Shown here piece by piece: positions 9,086-19,599 of a stretch of 64,000 nucleotides of DNA. Position numbers and translations under genes: made by a program. Source of the stretch: Lentisphaeria bacterium (GTDB taxonomy: Bacteria > Verrucomicrobiota > Lentisphaeria > Victivallales > UBA1829); assembly GCA_017646015.1 (NCBI GenBank), contig JAGCNI010000010.1:262-64261 (forward strand). Direction: 5' to 3'. Position 1 is the stretch's first letter. The number at the start of each line of letters is the position of its first letter. The notes beneath the pieces are model-generated. The model was not told where the DNA came from. It was given only the letters and a program-made list of their open reading frames with translations, and did no database searches.

Positions 9086-10690
9086 ATGAGTGAACTGAAC
9101 CGGGAACAGGATAAGCAATCAGGTATTTCCCGGAGATTCCGGAAACGTTATTTTATTATTCCTGCCGTTTTGATTTTATTGATTCTGTTTATTGGTGTTC
9201 TGGGATCGTCGTATGTGTTGACAAATTATTGGCTGCCATTGATTTCAGATTGGACAGATTGTGAGATCCGGAGTCGGAATTTGCAAATTGTTTCTCTGTT
9301 TCCATTCTCTCTTTCTGCAGAAGGTTTTTATTTTTCGGATCGTGAAAATCTGGAGATCCATCTTGATTCCGGTCAGAGTGAATTGGAGATTTCTTCTTTA
9401 TTTTCCGGTAAAGTTCATCTGCATAAACCGGATCTGCATGGAGTGAAAGTTTCTTTTTTGTCCCCGTCCACCCGCTCCGGAAAGATGCCGGAGGGTATAT
9501 CGTCAGAGAGTGATGATGCGGATGACGTTTTTTCCATGAGTGATTTTTCTGCTCATAACAGTGTGGTTGAAATCGTCCGTGGGGGGAAAGTGATCTATTC
9601 GTGGGAAGTGTCTCATTTGCAGGGGGATCATTTCAGTCCGGGCAGACAGTGCCGCATGTTTGCGGAAGGAGTGATGCGTTGTGAAGGCGGACAGAATAAT
9701 CCTTTGCATATCAGACGTCTTGGATTCAATGTCCGCACCCGTATTTATCCAGGGAAAGATATGATACCCCGGAGTTACTGGTTTGAAGCGGGGAGTGATT
9801 TTGTGGATTTGACAGCTGCCGGACAATGGTCTGTATCTCCAGATATGAAGATTACTTTTTCTGCTTGCGGGGAGGGGGATTTTGATCCGGAGAGGAATCT
9901 GTTGCAGATCCGGCATTTCAGCAGTCGGATTTACAAAGAGAAGAAAGTGATCGGGAATTTGCAAATGGAGGGATATGCCGGAGATGGTTTTTCTCTGGAA
10001 GGCCGTTTTTCCGATCTGGACATGGAGCCGTATCTTTCGATCCTGACCAAAGATTTGAGTTGCCGTTTGTTTATAACTCAAGGAGAATTTTTTTTACGCG
10101 GCAGTAAATTTGACCGGGCATCACTCTTGAATGATCTGAATGGTTCTTTACATTTTTCCTGTCGTGATATTTCTATTCCGGTTTCTCTGGATCGGCAGAG
10201 TCGTGTTGTGCGTTTGATATTGATCCCGGTGCGGGCATTGCCATCTTTCATGCCGTTGATCTCTCTCAACTGGAATTTGAAACAGAAGTTGAATGAATGT
10301 CTCACATCTCTGGATGCGGTTTTGGCGGGGAAAAATAATTTGAATTTCAGTAAAGGGGCGATCCGTTTCCGGATTCAGAATGGAGACTTGAAAATCGGCG
10401 AACTGACTTTGTGCGGGAAGGACATCAATATGGAATCCATACAGGGTATTTTGAATCTGGAATCCGGTGCGATCGCTTTGCGAAGTATTCTGCTTTTTCA
10501 CGGGTTCAAAATACCATTCCGCTTTTCCGGAACATTGGATGAGCCATCTATCCTTTATTCCAAAGTGCTGGAAGATTTTATTGTGCTGAATACGCCTCGT
10601 CTTGATTCATTGCAGCGGATATTGCCGCTTCCGGATACATCATTCCGTTTTGATATGAATTGGTTTACAGACATCTTCAAAGGAAAATAA
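9086..10690 (+). CDS. AsmA-like envelope protein
   Basis: N-terminal TM anchor, beta-rich body, AsmA_C-like end (FRIQNGDL...IPFRFSGTLDEPS). Confidence 0.55.
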   Translation: MSELNREQDKQSGISRRFRKRYFIIPAVLILLILFIGVLGSSYVLTNYWLPLISDWTDCEIRSRNLQIVSLFPFSLSAEGFYFSDRENLEIHLDSGQSELEISSLFSGKVHLHKPDLHGVKVSFLSPSTRSGKMPEGISSESDDADDVFSMSDFSAHNSVVEIVRGGKVIYSWEVSHLQGDHFSPGRQCRMFAEGVMRCEGGQNNPLHIRRLGFNVRTRIYPGKDMIPRSYWFEAGSDFVDLTAAGQWSVSPDMKITFSACGEGDFDPERNLLQIRHFSSRIYKEKKVIGNLQMEGYAGDGFSLEGRFSDLDMEPYLSILTKDLSCRLFITQGEFFLRGSKFDRASLLNDLNGSLHFSCRDISIPVSLDRQSRVVRLILIPVRALPSFMPLISLNWNLKQKLNECLTSLDAVLAGKNNLNFSKGAIRFRIQNGDLKIGELTLCGKDINMESIQGILNLESGAIALRSILLFHGFKIPFRFSGTLDEPSILYSKVLEDFIVLNTPRLDSLQRILPLPDTSFRFDMNWFTDIFKGK

Positions 10691-10693
10691 AAA

Positions 10694-11671
10694 ATGGCTG
10701 CAGTTACTCGAAAAAGATCCGCCCGCAATCAGACACTGACCTTGTCGGAACAGGAACAGCGGGAGTGTCATAACGAATTATTATTCCCGGAAAAAGAATT
10801 GTCTGAAAAAGAGTTGTCCGGGCGTATTCTCTGCGGGGATTTGTTTCAAATCCTTCCCCGGCTTCCGGATGCTTTTGTGGATCTGTTGATTCTGGATCCG
10901 CCTTACAATCTCGGTAAGGATTTCAATGGAATGAAATTCGGACAGATGTCGGATGAAAACTATATCCGGTATCTTGAATCATGGTTTCCAAAGTTGCTCC
11001 GGTTGTTGAAACCGACAGCATCCGTTTATCTCTGTGGAGACTGGAAATGTTCTGCTGCACAATATTTTGTAATGAATAAATATCTGCATGTCCGGAATCG
11101 TATCACGTGGCAGCGTGAAAAAGGGCGTGGAGCATGCAGTAATTGGAAAAACAGCTGTGAAGATATCTGGTTCGGAACCTGTTCGCAGGAGTATTATTTT
11201 GATGTGGATGCGGTCAAAGTCCGCCGGAAAGTGATTGCGCCGTACCGTCAGGATGGCAAACCGAAAGATTGGGAGGAGACAGACGAGGGCAACTTCCGTA
11301 TAACCCATCCTTCTAACTTCTGGGATGATATTACTGTTCCCTATTGGTCGATGCCGGAAAATACGGATCATCCGACACAGAAGCCGGAAAAATTGATTGC
11401 AAAACTGATACTGGCAAGTTCCCGTCCGGGAGATTTTGTATTTGATCCGTTTGGCGGCAGCGGAACAACTCCGGTCGTTGCCAAGAAACTGGGAAGATGT
11501 TTTGCTTCGGTTGAGATGAATCCTGAATATGCAGCTTGGGGGATCGCCCGTTTGAAACGGGCTGAATCCGATCCCCGTATTCAAGGATATGAAAAAGGGA
11601 TTTTCTGGGAACGGAACAGTGCTCTTCATTCCGCCGGAAAGAAACAGCAGAAACGTGAACTGGATACCTGA
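10694..11671 (+). CDS. Orphan site-specific DNA methyltransferase (N4-C/N6-A, beta class)
   Basis: Motif IV DPPY precedes HPTQKP and motif I DPFGGSGTT; no adjacent endonuclease. Confidence 0.9.
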   Translation: MAAVTRKRSARNQTLTLSEQEQRECHNELLFPEKELSEKELSGRILCGDLFQILPRLPDAFVDLLILDPPYNLGKDFNGMKFGQMSDENYIRYLESWFPKLLRLLKPTASVYLCGDWKCSAAQYFVMNKYLHVRNRITWQREKGRGACSNWKNSCEDIWFGTCSQEYYFDVDAVKVRRKVIAPYRQDGKPKDWEETDEGNFRITHPSNFWDDITVPYWSMPENTDHPTQKPEKLIAKLILASSRPGDFVFDPFGGSGTTPVVAKKLGRCFASVEMNPEYAAWGIARLKRAESDPRIQGYEKGIFWERNSALHSAGKKQQKRELDT

Positions 11672-11683
11672 GTCCGGCTTTTG

Positions 11684-14038
11684 TTATTCTGCAGTTGCTT
11701 TTGTACTTTTTTCTTTCAGAAAAGAGAATCCGTATTCCCGTGAGAAAAGCATCAGTTCCCGTTCCTGCTCCGGTGTTGTCAGTGCGGGGATCACCACAAA
11801 GATCCGGTGTCTTTCTGTATGATTTTGTGCGGTTTCAGCCAGAACTGCGAAATAGCGGAAAAAGAGTTCTTTACCCAACAGAGCAATTTCATTTGTCGGA
11901 GGGATCAGAAGAATGGTATCATACACATCTTTCTGTAACTCTTTCACCATTGCAGGTATTCCCTGCAGAAGACAGCTTTCTGCATTCGGTTTCTGAGGGG
12001 GAAAAACAATTCTTTTGACTGATTTCCGGTGTGGATATTTTTCAGACAGGATCGTTTCTATTTTCTGATTTCCGATGATCAGGAGCGAATCATTTTTCCA
12101 TGCGGAGAGGATTTGCGGCAACTGCCAGCGTCGGATGTCCCGCAACTGCATTTTTTGAAGAACCAGCGAACAGGGAATACCGTCTTTATAAAAGCGGTCA
12201 TAGTGTATATCCATTGCATCGTGGAGTTTCTGAACGGGGATCAGGTGGATTTGTTTTTTTGCGATGATTGCTCCGGGAGCCAAAAGTTCCACTGAAAGGA
12301 GTGCGATCTTATCGCTGATTTTCCGGAGAGGAATTTGCAGACGTGTGAGTTGTGCCGGTTTCAGAGTGACGGGACGAGGCGGATCCGCTTTTTCTTTTCC
12401 ATTCAGATATTCTGTTACACGCAAATACAAAGGAAGTTCCATGGGATAATCATTCCGGAGTATGATCTCTGCCTGAATGACTTTATCATTATAACAAACC
12501 GGGGGAACTTGCATATTCATGGATGCGACACCTTTGAGAATGATCGGATTTCCAGGCTGATCGACAGATGGGAACGGGAAAAGATCTTTTCCGGAACGGA
12601 TCCATGTTTCTGATTTTGAATCTGCGGTCAGAACAGCCAGTACATTTTTATGGGTAAGAGGCATTTTATTTTTGTCACACAGAGAAACATTGCCGGGTAG
12701 TTGGAGGTATTCCCATTGTCCATAGGTCTGTTTTCCTGTCATATAGTTCCCGACATAATCTCTGCGAATGAGAGGAAATGTTCGTCCGTCCTGCATTGTG
12801 ATGGATTCGATTTTACATGGTGCAGCCGGAATGAACATGTTTTCATTCAGCGGGCTCCATGATTCTCCCGGTTTTTTGAGATGGATTTCCAAAGGCATCT
12901 GACTGTTGTGGCGAGCGTAATGGAATGAGAAAGGGAAAACACCTTTTTCCAGCTGGATCTTGAATTGGATGGAATATTTTTTTCTCATATCCGGAACTTG
13001 TATTGGATTGAACATGTGAAATTTCACAGTTTTCTGATTGATTTTCATGATCCAGAGCGTATTTGTAACGACTCTGAATTCATATTCTCCGGGTGTTTCG
13101 ATATTCAGATTTCCTGTATATCGGAGGACGGCACTTCCGCTTAAATCCAGTTCACGGCTGATGACGTTCACTTCCGAGGGGTAGAGGGGTCTTGGACTTC
13201 TTGCATTGAGACGTGCGGCAAAGTTGTTTACAATTTGTCCGAAGATCGTTTCCTCACGATTTTTTTTGAGTTGATTATTCCATTCCTGAATGTTACGTTC
13301 CCTGTTTCTGAGCCATGAATTTGCTTCGCTGCGGATCCTTGCTTCATAATAATGAAGATCCGGCAGGAATGATTTTGCCCAGGAGGATTGGAAGAGCCGC
13401 CATTCCCTGCCATTCTGCATGATTCTGCTCTGATAAAGCTGTACCCGGAAAGGGAGTTTGGTATTTTCTGTTTTCTGAGAAGCCACAGCTCCGGGATGAG
13501 TCGGGAGTATTTTTCCGGATGCAGGGGGGAGCAGATAGCGTGAATAGAGATAACGTTTCATATTGTTGTTCAAGTTATCATATTGAGTTTTATCCCGGCG
13601 GGAGAGATTATTTTTCTGGTGTTCCAGATAGAGTTGGAAATTACCTCGGATACCTCCCCAGTAAGTGATTTCGCGCATGGTGAACATATCGGCGTCAGGG
13701 GATGTTCTGAGGATGGAATCACCCGTGTTGCGTGTATAGCCGCTGTAAATGTAAATTTCGCGTTCTTTTTCTGAATGAGGCAGCAGGATCGCGCGGCGTG
13801 AAAGATCCAGTTCGGGGATCAGTTCTGTTCCGTCCGGAAGAAATGCTTTTGCCATACCATTGAACGGCATCGGGAGAAGATACTGTTTGAGGAGCAGGGA
13901 AGCCGGTTGTTTATTTGTTGTTGCCGGCTGCCGGACTTTGATTCTGAATGAGGCATCCGGATCAGCCCATGGAACTGCAGCGAGGGCAAAATATGTCATG
14001 CTGAAAAACAGAAAAAAGATGCTGTATATTTTTTTCAT
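11684..14038 (-). CDS. Secreted protein with PA14-like domain
   Basis: Signal peptide (MKKIYSIFFLFF...ALA); central YTGNLNIETPGEYEFRV...IQLEKGVFPFSFHY...LKKPG resembles PA14; ATGA overlap with the upstream gene. Confidence 0.55.
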   Translation of the reverse strand: MKKIYSIFFLFFSMTYFALAAVPWADPDASFRIKVRQPATTNKQPASLLLKQYLLPMPFNGMAKAFLPDGTELIPELDLSRRAILLPHSEKEREIYIYSGYTRNTGDSILRTSPDADMFTMREITYWGGIRGNFQLYLEHQKNNLSRRDKTQYDNLNNNMKRYLYSRYLLPPASGKILPTHPGAVASQKTENTKLPFRVQLYQSRIMQNGREWRLFQSSWAKSFLPDLHYYEARIRSEANSWLRNRERNIQEWNNQLKKNREETIFGQIVNNFAARLNARSPRPLYPSEVNVISRELDLSGSAVLRYTGNLNIETPGEYEFRVVTNTLWIMKINQKTVKFHMFNPIQVPDMRKKYSIQFKIQLEKGVFPFSFHYARHNSQMPLEIHLKKPGESWSPLNENMFIPAAPCKIESITMQDGRTFPLIRRDYVGNYMTGKQTYGQWEYLQLPGNVSLCDKNKMPLTHKNVLAVLTADSKSETWIRSGKDLFPFPSVDQPGNPIILKGVASMNMQVPPVCYNDKVIQAEIILRNDYPMELPLYLRVTEYLNGKEKADPPRPVTLKPAQLTRLQIPLRKISDKIALLSVELLAPGAIIAKKQIHLIPVQKLHDAMDIHYDRFYKDGIPCSLVLQKMQLRDIRRWQLPQILSAWKNDSLLIIGNQKIETILSEKYPHRKSVKRIVFPPQKPNAESCLLQGIPAMVKELQKDVYDTILLIPPTNEIALLGKELFFRYFAVLAETAQNHTERHRIFVVIPALTTPEQERELMLFSREYGFSFLKEKSTKATAE

Positions 14039-16314
14039 TTGATTCTCCTGAGCTTGAATGCGATATCATCTTCAAAACCCGGAAGTTCGAGGAAATCAGT
14101 CAGGACCCTGTCTTCTGCAAGAATACAGTCACCGGAGATCGTATCATAGAATTCCACTCTCCATTTACCGGGGACAAAATCGCCGGGGAGGAGCAGACGG
14201 ATTTCCCGCCATGTATGCGGAGATAATGGATCATTTGTCCGGGGAGTCCAGTGGAACATCCGTTCTTTATGATAGACCCAGCCATTGAATTCATCTTTTC
14301 TTCTGATGCACATGGATTCAAATTCTCTCTCCCATGGGGGGACAGAATGGATGAGTCCTTTGTATCCTGGATGAAAGGTATTGAAGATTTGATCCGGGGG
14401 CGCAATCACTTTACATTCCAATGACTGATACATTGGATCGCGGAGATCCATATTTTTCAAAAATTTTGTAACCCCGTGGAAATGTTGGAGTCTGCCATCG
14501 GAAATCGCAAAATCGTGCCACCAGAGGAAAGGGAGTCCAGCCTGTTTTTTGAAGATTGCGCCCCACAAACCTGCATGAAGATCGCTTTCAAGGAGTCCGT
14601 TTCCTGAGCCGGAGGAGTGACCGCCGAATTCAGTGATCAAACGCGGTTTATTCAATTCAAACACTCCGCTCTGATAACGAAGCTGCTGTGTCATCGGGAT
14701 CCGGTCCGATCGGTATGCGTCTCCCACAAGATGTGTTACTTCCGGCAGCTGCCACAAACGGAGTTTTCCATTATTATTGTGGATATCGCCGCAGACATGT
14801 GTGGTGATCAGGTGTCGGACAGGAGTGAAACTCTGATAGTTTTTGATGATTTGTGAATGCCATGTATCGACCGTTTTATTGTGATAGGCAGGATAAAAAC
14901 TGAAAACAAGATCGACTTCGCTCCAGAGTTCGATCGCAAAAATATTGGGATTCTGTCCATAACGGGCTGCGATATAACGGTTTCTGCGATACCAGAACTG
15001 TTTGTATTTTTCATTGGTGAAAAGATTTTCCGCAGAGGTGATAAAGCCCCCGTCCGCTTCGGCATAAGTGGAATGTTTATTGAATGGATTTTCATACCAT
15101 TCCTGTGTTGCTCCGGCAGAAAATTTGCCGTGATTATCAAAAATCAGATTGATCAGGATGCCATATTTTTCAGCCATTTCAAATAATTTATCAAGCCGTG
15201 TCGCATTGGCAAGATTATAACGTCCTACGCCCATGTAATCCAGACGTCTTGCGCTCCATTCCAAAGCGAATGTCCAGGATGCCATCCATACTTCAATGCA
15301 GTTGATCCCGGCGGCAGAACAGAGTTTGAAATATCGTTCATAATCTTTCAACCCCATATCCGCCAACGGTGCAATGCGGAGTCTGGCTTCTGCCCGGTAA
15401 TCTGTGTTGGAATGAATATTCAGACCGACAGGAAAGAAGAATTCGCCGTTTTCATATTCAAAATAATGGTGATTCTGTTTGGAGACCCGGACAACTCCCC
15501 GGACAGGTGCGGGCGTGATTTCAACGGTCTTCCATTCGCTTGAGACCGTTTCTTTTTTCTCTTTTACAATGATTCTGAATTGATGTTTTCCGGCTGTTTT
15601 CGGGAAATAACGCAGTTCCCAGTGAGGGAGACCTTCAGCCACCGCCCGTTCTTCAGTCATATTGTATTCCAGGTGGTGATCTTTGGTGAAGAATGCGGGG
15701 AAAATAACTTTTTTCTGATCGGGCGTCTGCCATTCACAATCAACAGCGACTTCATCGGGATCGAACGGATTGAAATATTCCCGGGAAAGCTGAAATTTTA
15801 CAGAAAATATTTTTCCCGCAGTTCCTTTTTCCGGAGCTGTGATGGTGGTGACAGCCAACGGGATTTTTTTTCTTATACCCTCATAGCGGAGATTGCGGAC
15901 TTCGCCTTTGATCTCCATATTCTCTTCCTGACTCCAGAGCGAAAGACCATACTCAAAAACTGCTGAAGCGATCTGTGCATTCCAGCGTTCTCTATTGGAA
16001 TAGGGATACCAATTCTGAGCACGGTCATCGATCCGGACCCGGAGTGTTTTCCAATTTTCTGTTTTGTCAAACGTCCATTCCTGACGGGATTGAAAGAGAT
16101 TGCCGTCTTTATCTTTGACAATGACCGCCCCCTGAAGAGGTTTTTTTACATTCAGTTTGTAATCGAAAACCAGATATTCTGCCTCAAATGCTTTTTGTGA
16201 TGGTTTGAATTTTTCCCGTGGCAGCGGGATTGCAGAAATCACCTTGCCTGATATTCCCCAGACAGAAAACATCAGACATATCTGCAAAAGGATCAGAGGG
16301 AAAATGTATTTCAC
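14035..16314 (-). CDS. Secreted DUF5060-domain glycoside hydrolase (GH5-like TIM barrel); start set at GTG 16314
   Basis: Signal peptide from GTG overlapping the upstream stop; DUF5060 Ig-like YFNPFDPDEV...PAFF...WELRYFP; YFEYENGEFFFPVGLN; putative catalytic ELWSE and ITEFGG. Confidence 0.7.
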   Translation of the reverse strand: MKYIFPLILLQICLMFSVWGISGKVISAIPLPREKFKPSQKAFEAEYLVFDYKLNVKKPLQGAVIVKDKDGNLFQSRQEWTFDKTENWKTLRVRIDDRAQNWYPYSNRERWNAQIASAVFEYGLSLWSQEENMEIKGEVRNLRYEGIRKKIPLAVTTITAPEKGTAGKIFSVKFQLSREYFNPFDPDEVAVDCEWQTPDQKKVIFPAFFTKDHHLEYNMTEERAVAEGLPHWELRYFPKTAGKHQFRIIVKEKKETVSSEWKTVEITPAPVRGVVRVSKQNHHYFEYENGEFFFPVGLNIHSNTDYRAEARLRIAPLADMGLKDYERYFKLCSAAGINCIEVWMASWTFALEWSARRLDYMGVGRYNLANATRLDKLFEMAEKYGILINLIFDNHGKFSAGATQEWYENPFNKHSTYAEADGGFITSAENLFTNEKYKQFWYRRNRYIAARYGQNPNIFAIELWSEVDLVFSFYPAYHNKTVDTWHSQIIKNYQSFTPVRHLITTHVCGDIHNNNGKLRLWQLPEVTHLVGDAYRSDRIPMTQQLRYQSGVFELNKPRLITEFGGHSSGSGNGLLESDLHAGLWGAIFKKQAGLPFLWWHDFAISDGRLQHFHGVTKFLKNMDLRDPMYQSLECKVIAPPDQIFNTFHPGYKGLIHSVPPWEREFESMCIRRKDEFNGWVYHKERMFHWTPRTNDPLSPHTWREIRLLLPGDFVPGKWRVEFYDTISGDCILAEDRVLTDFLELPGFEDDIAFKLRRIK

Positions 16315-16994
16315 AATATTCCTTTCTCCCATTCCATGACACTGCGGAAGATATTTCCGCTCCATGATACATTGATCATGGGTTCTTCTTTTCCTTTTTG
16401 CAAATGCCAGTAACAACGTACTGTCGGGAAGTATTGCAAGGCATCCCGGAACCGCTGATGCGGAGGATATTCATTGCGTTCATTCCGGAGCTGATTGTAT
16501 TTGACTTCCGCCCAGGATCTGCCATCATTTTTCCAGGTGCAGAGGGCGTCGCTGAATTCATAGAAATAACTGACCTGCGCCACTTTGTCTGCCGGATCAT
16601 CCTTATGTTCTTTTACATTCGGAAGATGTCCGTATTTGCCGACACTGCCGAAACGGTCGTATGCTTCAATAAATTTCGGTGTCGGTTCTGCGGTCCAGTC
16701 CTTGTATTCTCTGTCTGCCGGATTGGTATCCATGCCGCAACGATACACTTTGGCGGAGGGCAGATAACTTTTATAAAGATCCGAAGTCCATGCCGGCATC
16801 CGGTCACGCCAGTCATCGCGATAGGTGATACAGGCAAGACCGAGCTGTTTGAGATTGCTGATACAGTTCGTTTCCTTTGCTTTTTTCAGAACATTATTGA
16901 TCGATGGCAGCAGCAAGCCCGCCAGAATCGCAATAATTGCGATCGTGACCAGTAACTCTATGAGTGTGAAAGATTTTTGTTTCAGATGTGTCAT
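16311..16994 (-). CDS. Prepilin-type N-terminal cleavage/methylation (pseudopilin-like) protein
   Basis: MTHLKQKS-FTLIELLVTIAIIAILAGLLLP...CISNLKQLG. Confidence 0.9.
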   Translation of the reverse strand: MTHLKQKSFTLIELLVTIAIIAILAGLLLPSINNVLKKAKETNCISNLKQLGLACITYRDDWRDRMPAWTSDLYKSYLPSAKVYRCGMDTNPADREYKDWTAEPTPKFIEAYDRFGSVGKYGHLPNVKEHKDDPADKVAQVSYFYEFSDALCTWKNDGRSWAEVKYNQLRNERNEYPPHQRFRDALQYFPTVRCYWHLQKGKEEPMINVSWSGNIFRSVMEWEKGIL

Positions 16995-17010
16995 AATAAT
17001 GGATCCTTTC

Positions 17011-18540
17011 TTATTTTTGAGAATCAGACTGTAACCCATGTTTGGTTTTTTCCCAGTAAAACGGTTTATAAAACAACTGCAGAAAACCTTTCCACGCTGC
17101 GATCGACATGAACTGCCAATAGATAAACATCAACGGAGTGTAGAGGATCAAGTGCCAGTATTTCCGTTTGAAACATCCCAGCATCCCGATTGCCAGAAAT
17201 ACAAAATTGGCACAGAAGAGCAGGAAAGAGACAGATGCAAAAATCATGGAGAGGATCGAGTAAAGCATGCTTTCATCCGCTCCGAAATAGACCAGCGGCC
17301 ATGCTTTCCAGAAAACTTCGGTATGAAGAAACATATTATCCGTGGAAACAACGATTTGATCCATGACCGGTACTCCCTGAAGTGATCCCGCAAGAAGCAA
17401 CGCACAATATCCCAACAGAAGCAACATGAAAATAATATTGCACAGAATCATCAGAGATCCTCCGCCAATGGCAAGAAATCCTCCGAATGAACCCCATAGC
17501 CCCAAGCGTCCAATCGTTGAAAACCAACTTCTGTAATGAACCAGATGTGTCTGGAAAAATCCTTTGATCCAACGGGATCGCTGCCGGATCCAGTTGCCAA
17601 GCCGGGAATTGGCTTCTTCCCATGTGGTGCTGTCCAACAGCAGAGTTCGGTAACGGTTTTCATAGATCCGGATCCCGAGATCGCAATCTTCCGTTACATT
17701 GAACGAATCCCAGCCGCCGATCTGTTTCAGGATCTCTGTCCGGAAATGGTTGCTGGTTCCACCCAACGGCAGAGGAAAATTGAAAAGCTGCATTCCCGGC
17801 AGAATCAAATCAAAATGTGTGGTGTATTCGATCGTGAATAATCTTGTCAGCAGATTCTGACGGGAGTTGTGATAATTCAGTTTCGCCTGCACACAAGCCA
17901 CATCTTCCCGTCCTTCCCCGCGGAACATGCCGACTGCTTTTTTCAATTGATCCGGCTCCGGACGATCCTCCGCATCATAGATCACGCAGAATTCACCTCT
18001 GGCTTTTTCCAATCCATAATTACAGGCTCGCGGTTTGGTCTTCGGCAGACAGGGATCCATAACAAGGATTTCAAACTGTTCCGGCAGATTCAAAGACCGC
18101 ATCGCCTCGATCGTTGCGGTGTCATCCTGTTCCAACAGAATTTTTACATCCAGCCGTTCCAATGGATAATCGATCGCACGGATACGGTCAATCAACTGTT
18201 CTGCAATATTTGCTTCCTTATACATCGGCAGCAGAATCGTATAAATCGGCAGTTCACCTTCGGGAATATCAGCCCGTTCATAACGGAAGAAAAAGCCCGA
18301 TACCGCTGCGACCAAGCGGAAAAATGCCGCCGAAAGATATAAAAATGCAAGAAGGGCTGTCAGCAGAAAAATAAGAAGATCCCAACGGTAAAACAATAAC
18401 AGAAGAGCCAGACAGAAAACAGTCAGATAAAATATTTTCTGTTTACCGGTAATCACAGCTGCCGCACATGTGCCGGGGTGCTTCCGGATAAATTCTGCGG
18501 AGAGACGGTCTGTATTCAAATGTTCAGCGGGGTCTTGCAT
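17011..18540 (-). CDS. Processive family 2 glycosyltransferase (cellulose-synthase-like/NfrB-like)
   Basis: KPRACN, YDAED, LGGTSNHF, TED and QRSRW (D,D,D,QxxRW) motifs; N- and C-terminal TM helices; FYWEKTKHG end. Confidence 0.88.
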   Translation of the reverse strand: MQDPAEHLNTDRLSAEFIRKHPGTCAAAVITGKQKIFYLTVFCLALLLLFYRWDLLIFLLTALLAFLYLSAAFFRLVAAVSGFFFRYERADIPEGELPIYTILLPMYKEANIAEQLIDRIRAIDYPLERLDVKILLEQDDTATIEAMRSLNLPEQFEILVMDPCLPKTKPRACNYGLEKARGEFCVIYDAEDRPEPDQLKKAVGMFRGEGREDVACVQAKLNYHNSRQNLLTRLFTIEYTTHFDLILPGMQLFNFPLPLGGTSNHFRTEILKQIGGWDSFNVTEDCDLGIRIYENRYRTLLLDSTTWEEANSRLGNWIRQRSRWIKGFFQTHLVHYRSWFSTIGRLGLWGSFGGFLAIGGGSLMILCNIIFMLLLLGYCALLLAGSLQGVPVMDQIVVSTDNMFLHTEVFWKAWPLVYFGADESMLYSILSMIFASVSFLLFCANFVFLAIGMLGCFKRKYWHLILYTPLMFIYWQFMSIAAWKGFLQLFYKPFYWEKTKHGLQSDSQK

Positions 18541-19599
18541 CAGCCGGGATTTCCATTTTGTATGCCTGATAATGGGGGATAGTCAGAAAGATCTGGACTT
18601 TATTTTTCTTCTTCAGGTCAGCGACCAATTGTTCCAATCGTTTCTGAGCCTCCTGACGTTTCAGCATGTCGGTGATTCCTGCTTTGACTTCATGATACGC
18701 ATATTTTCGTGCGGGAGTCCGGGCTTCACAGAGAACGATGTGAAAAGCGGTATGGGATTCAAGCGGATCAGAAATTGTTCCTGCTTTCATGGAAAAAACG
18801 GTTTTTTCCACATTTTTATGAAGCATATTCCGTTCGACAATGCCCAGTTTCCCTCCTTTTGTGCGGGATGGACAATCACTTTCTTTTGCGGCAACAGCAG
18901 CAAATGATTTCGGATTTTTTTTGACTGCAGCGGCAACTTTTCTTGCTTTTTGCAGAGCTGCTTCACGAGTTTCTTTTTTTCTCGGGTCGAATAAAAAACG
19001 GATATGCGAGATCGTGGCTGTTTCCGGTACATTGAAACGGGTATTGTTTTTGTGATAATAGTCGCTGATCTGTTTTTCTGCGATCTGGATTTTTGCAGTG
19101 TACTCTTTTTCAAAAAATTCAAATGCAGCGACTTGATCCTGAATTTCCGGATCGGCAGCTTTCTGACTGATCCAGTCTTCGATCGTCTTTTTATTTCTCT
19201 GCAAGCGCGCTTCAAGCAATGCTTTTTCATCCGGCGTCAATTTCTGTACCTGGTTGTGGTAAAAAGTTGTGACCTGTGTGGCAGAGGGAAGGACTTTCTT
19301 TGTTTTCAGATATTCTTTGATCAAGAGATCAATGATCATCTGTTCCGCCTGAACTGCCAAGACATACGGAGCCGTTTTCTGATTCAGATTTCCCGGGATT
19401 TTTCCTTTGGGAAGTTGACGCATCAGATAACTGTAAAATTCATTCTGATCAATTGTTTTTCCATTGATCGTTGCAACTTTTGCCGGAATCAATGCCTTCA
19501 ATTCTGCCGGAGTACACGGTTTGACTGTCTGTGCATACGCATTGCAGGCAAAAAGAAAAATGCCGGAAAGAGGCAGAGAGCAATGATTTTATTCCACAT
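18524..19599 (-). CDS. PpiC/parvulin-type peptidyl-prolyl isomerase (PrsA/SurA-like) with an apparent 1-nt frameshift in the signal peptide; intact ORF 18524-19501
   Basis: ISHIRF, FAAVAAKESDCPS..KGGKLG, ISDPLES..AFHIV rotamase motifs. AGGAG plus ATG 19599 (MWNKIIALCL) is out of frame with SGIFLFACNAYA-QTVK. Confidence 0.8.

Noticed and set aside
10694-11671. Restriction-modification or other defence island around the MTase
   Set aside because: No endonuclease, specificity subunit or other recognisable defence gene adjacent.
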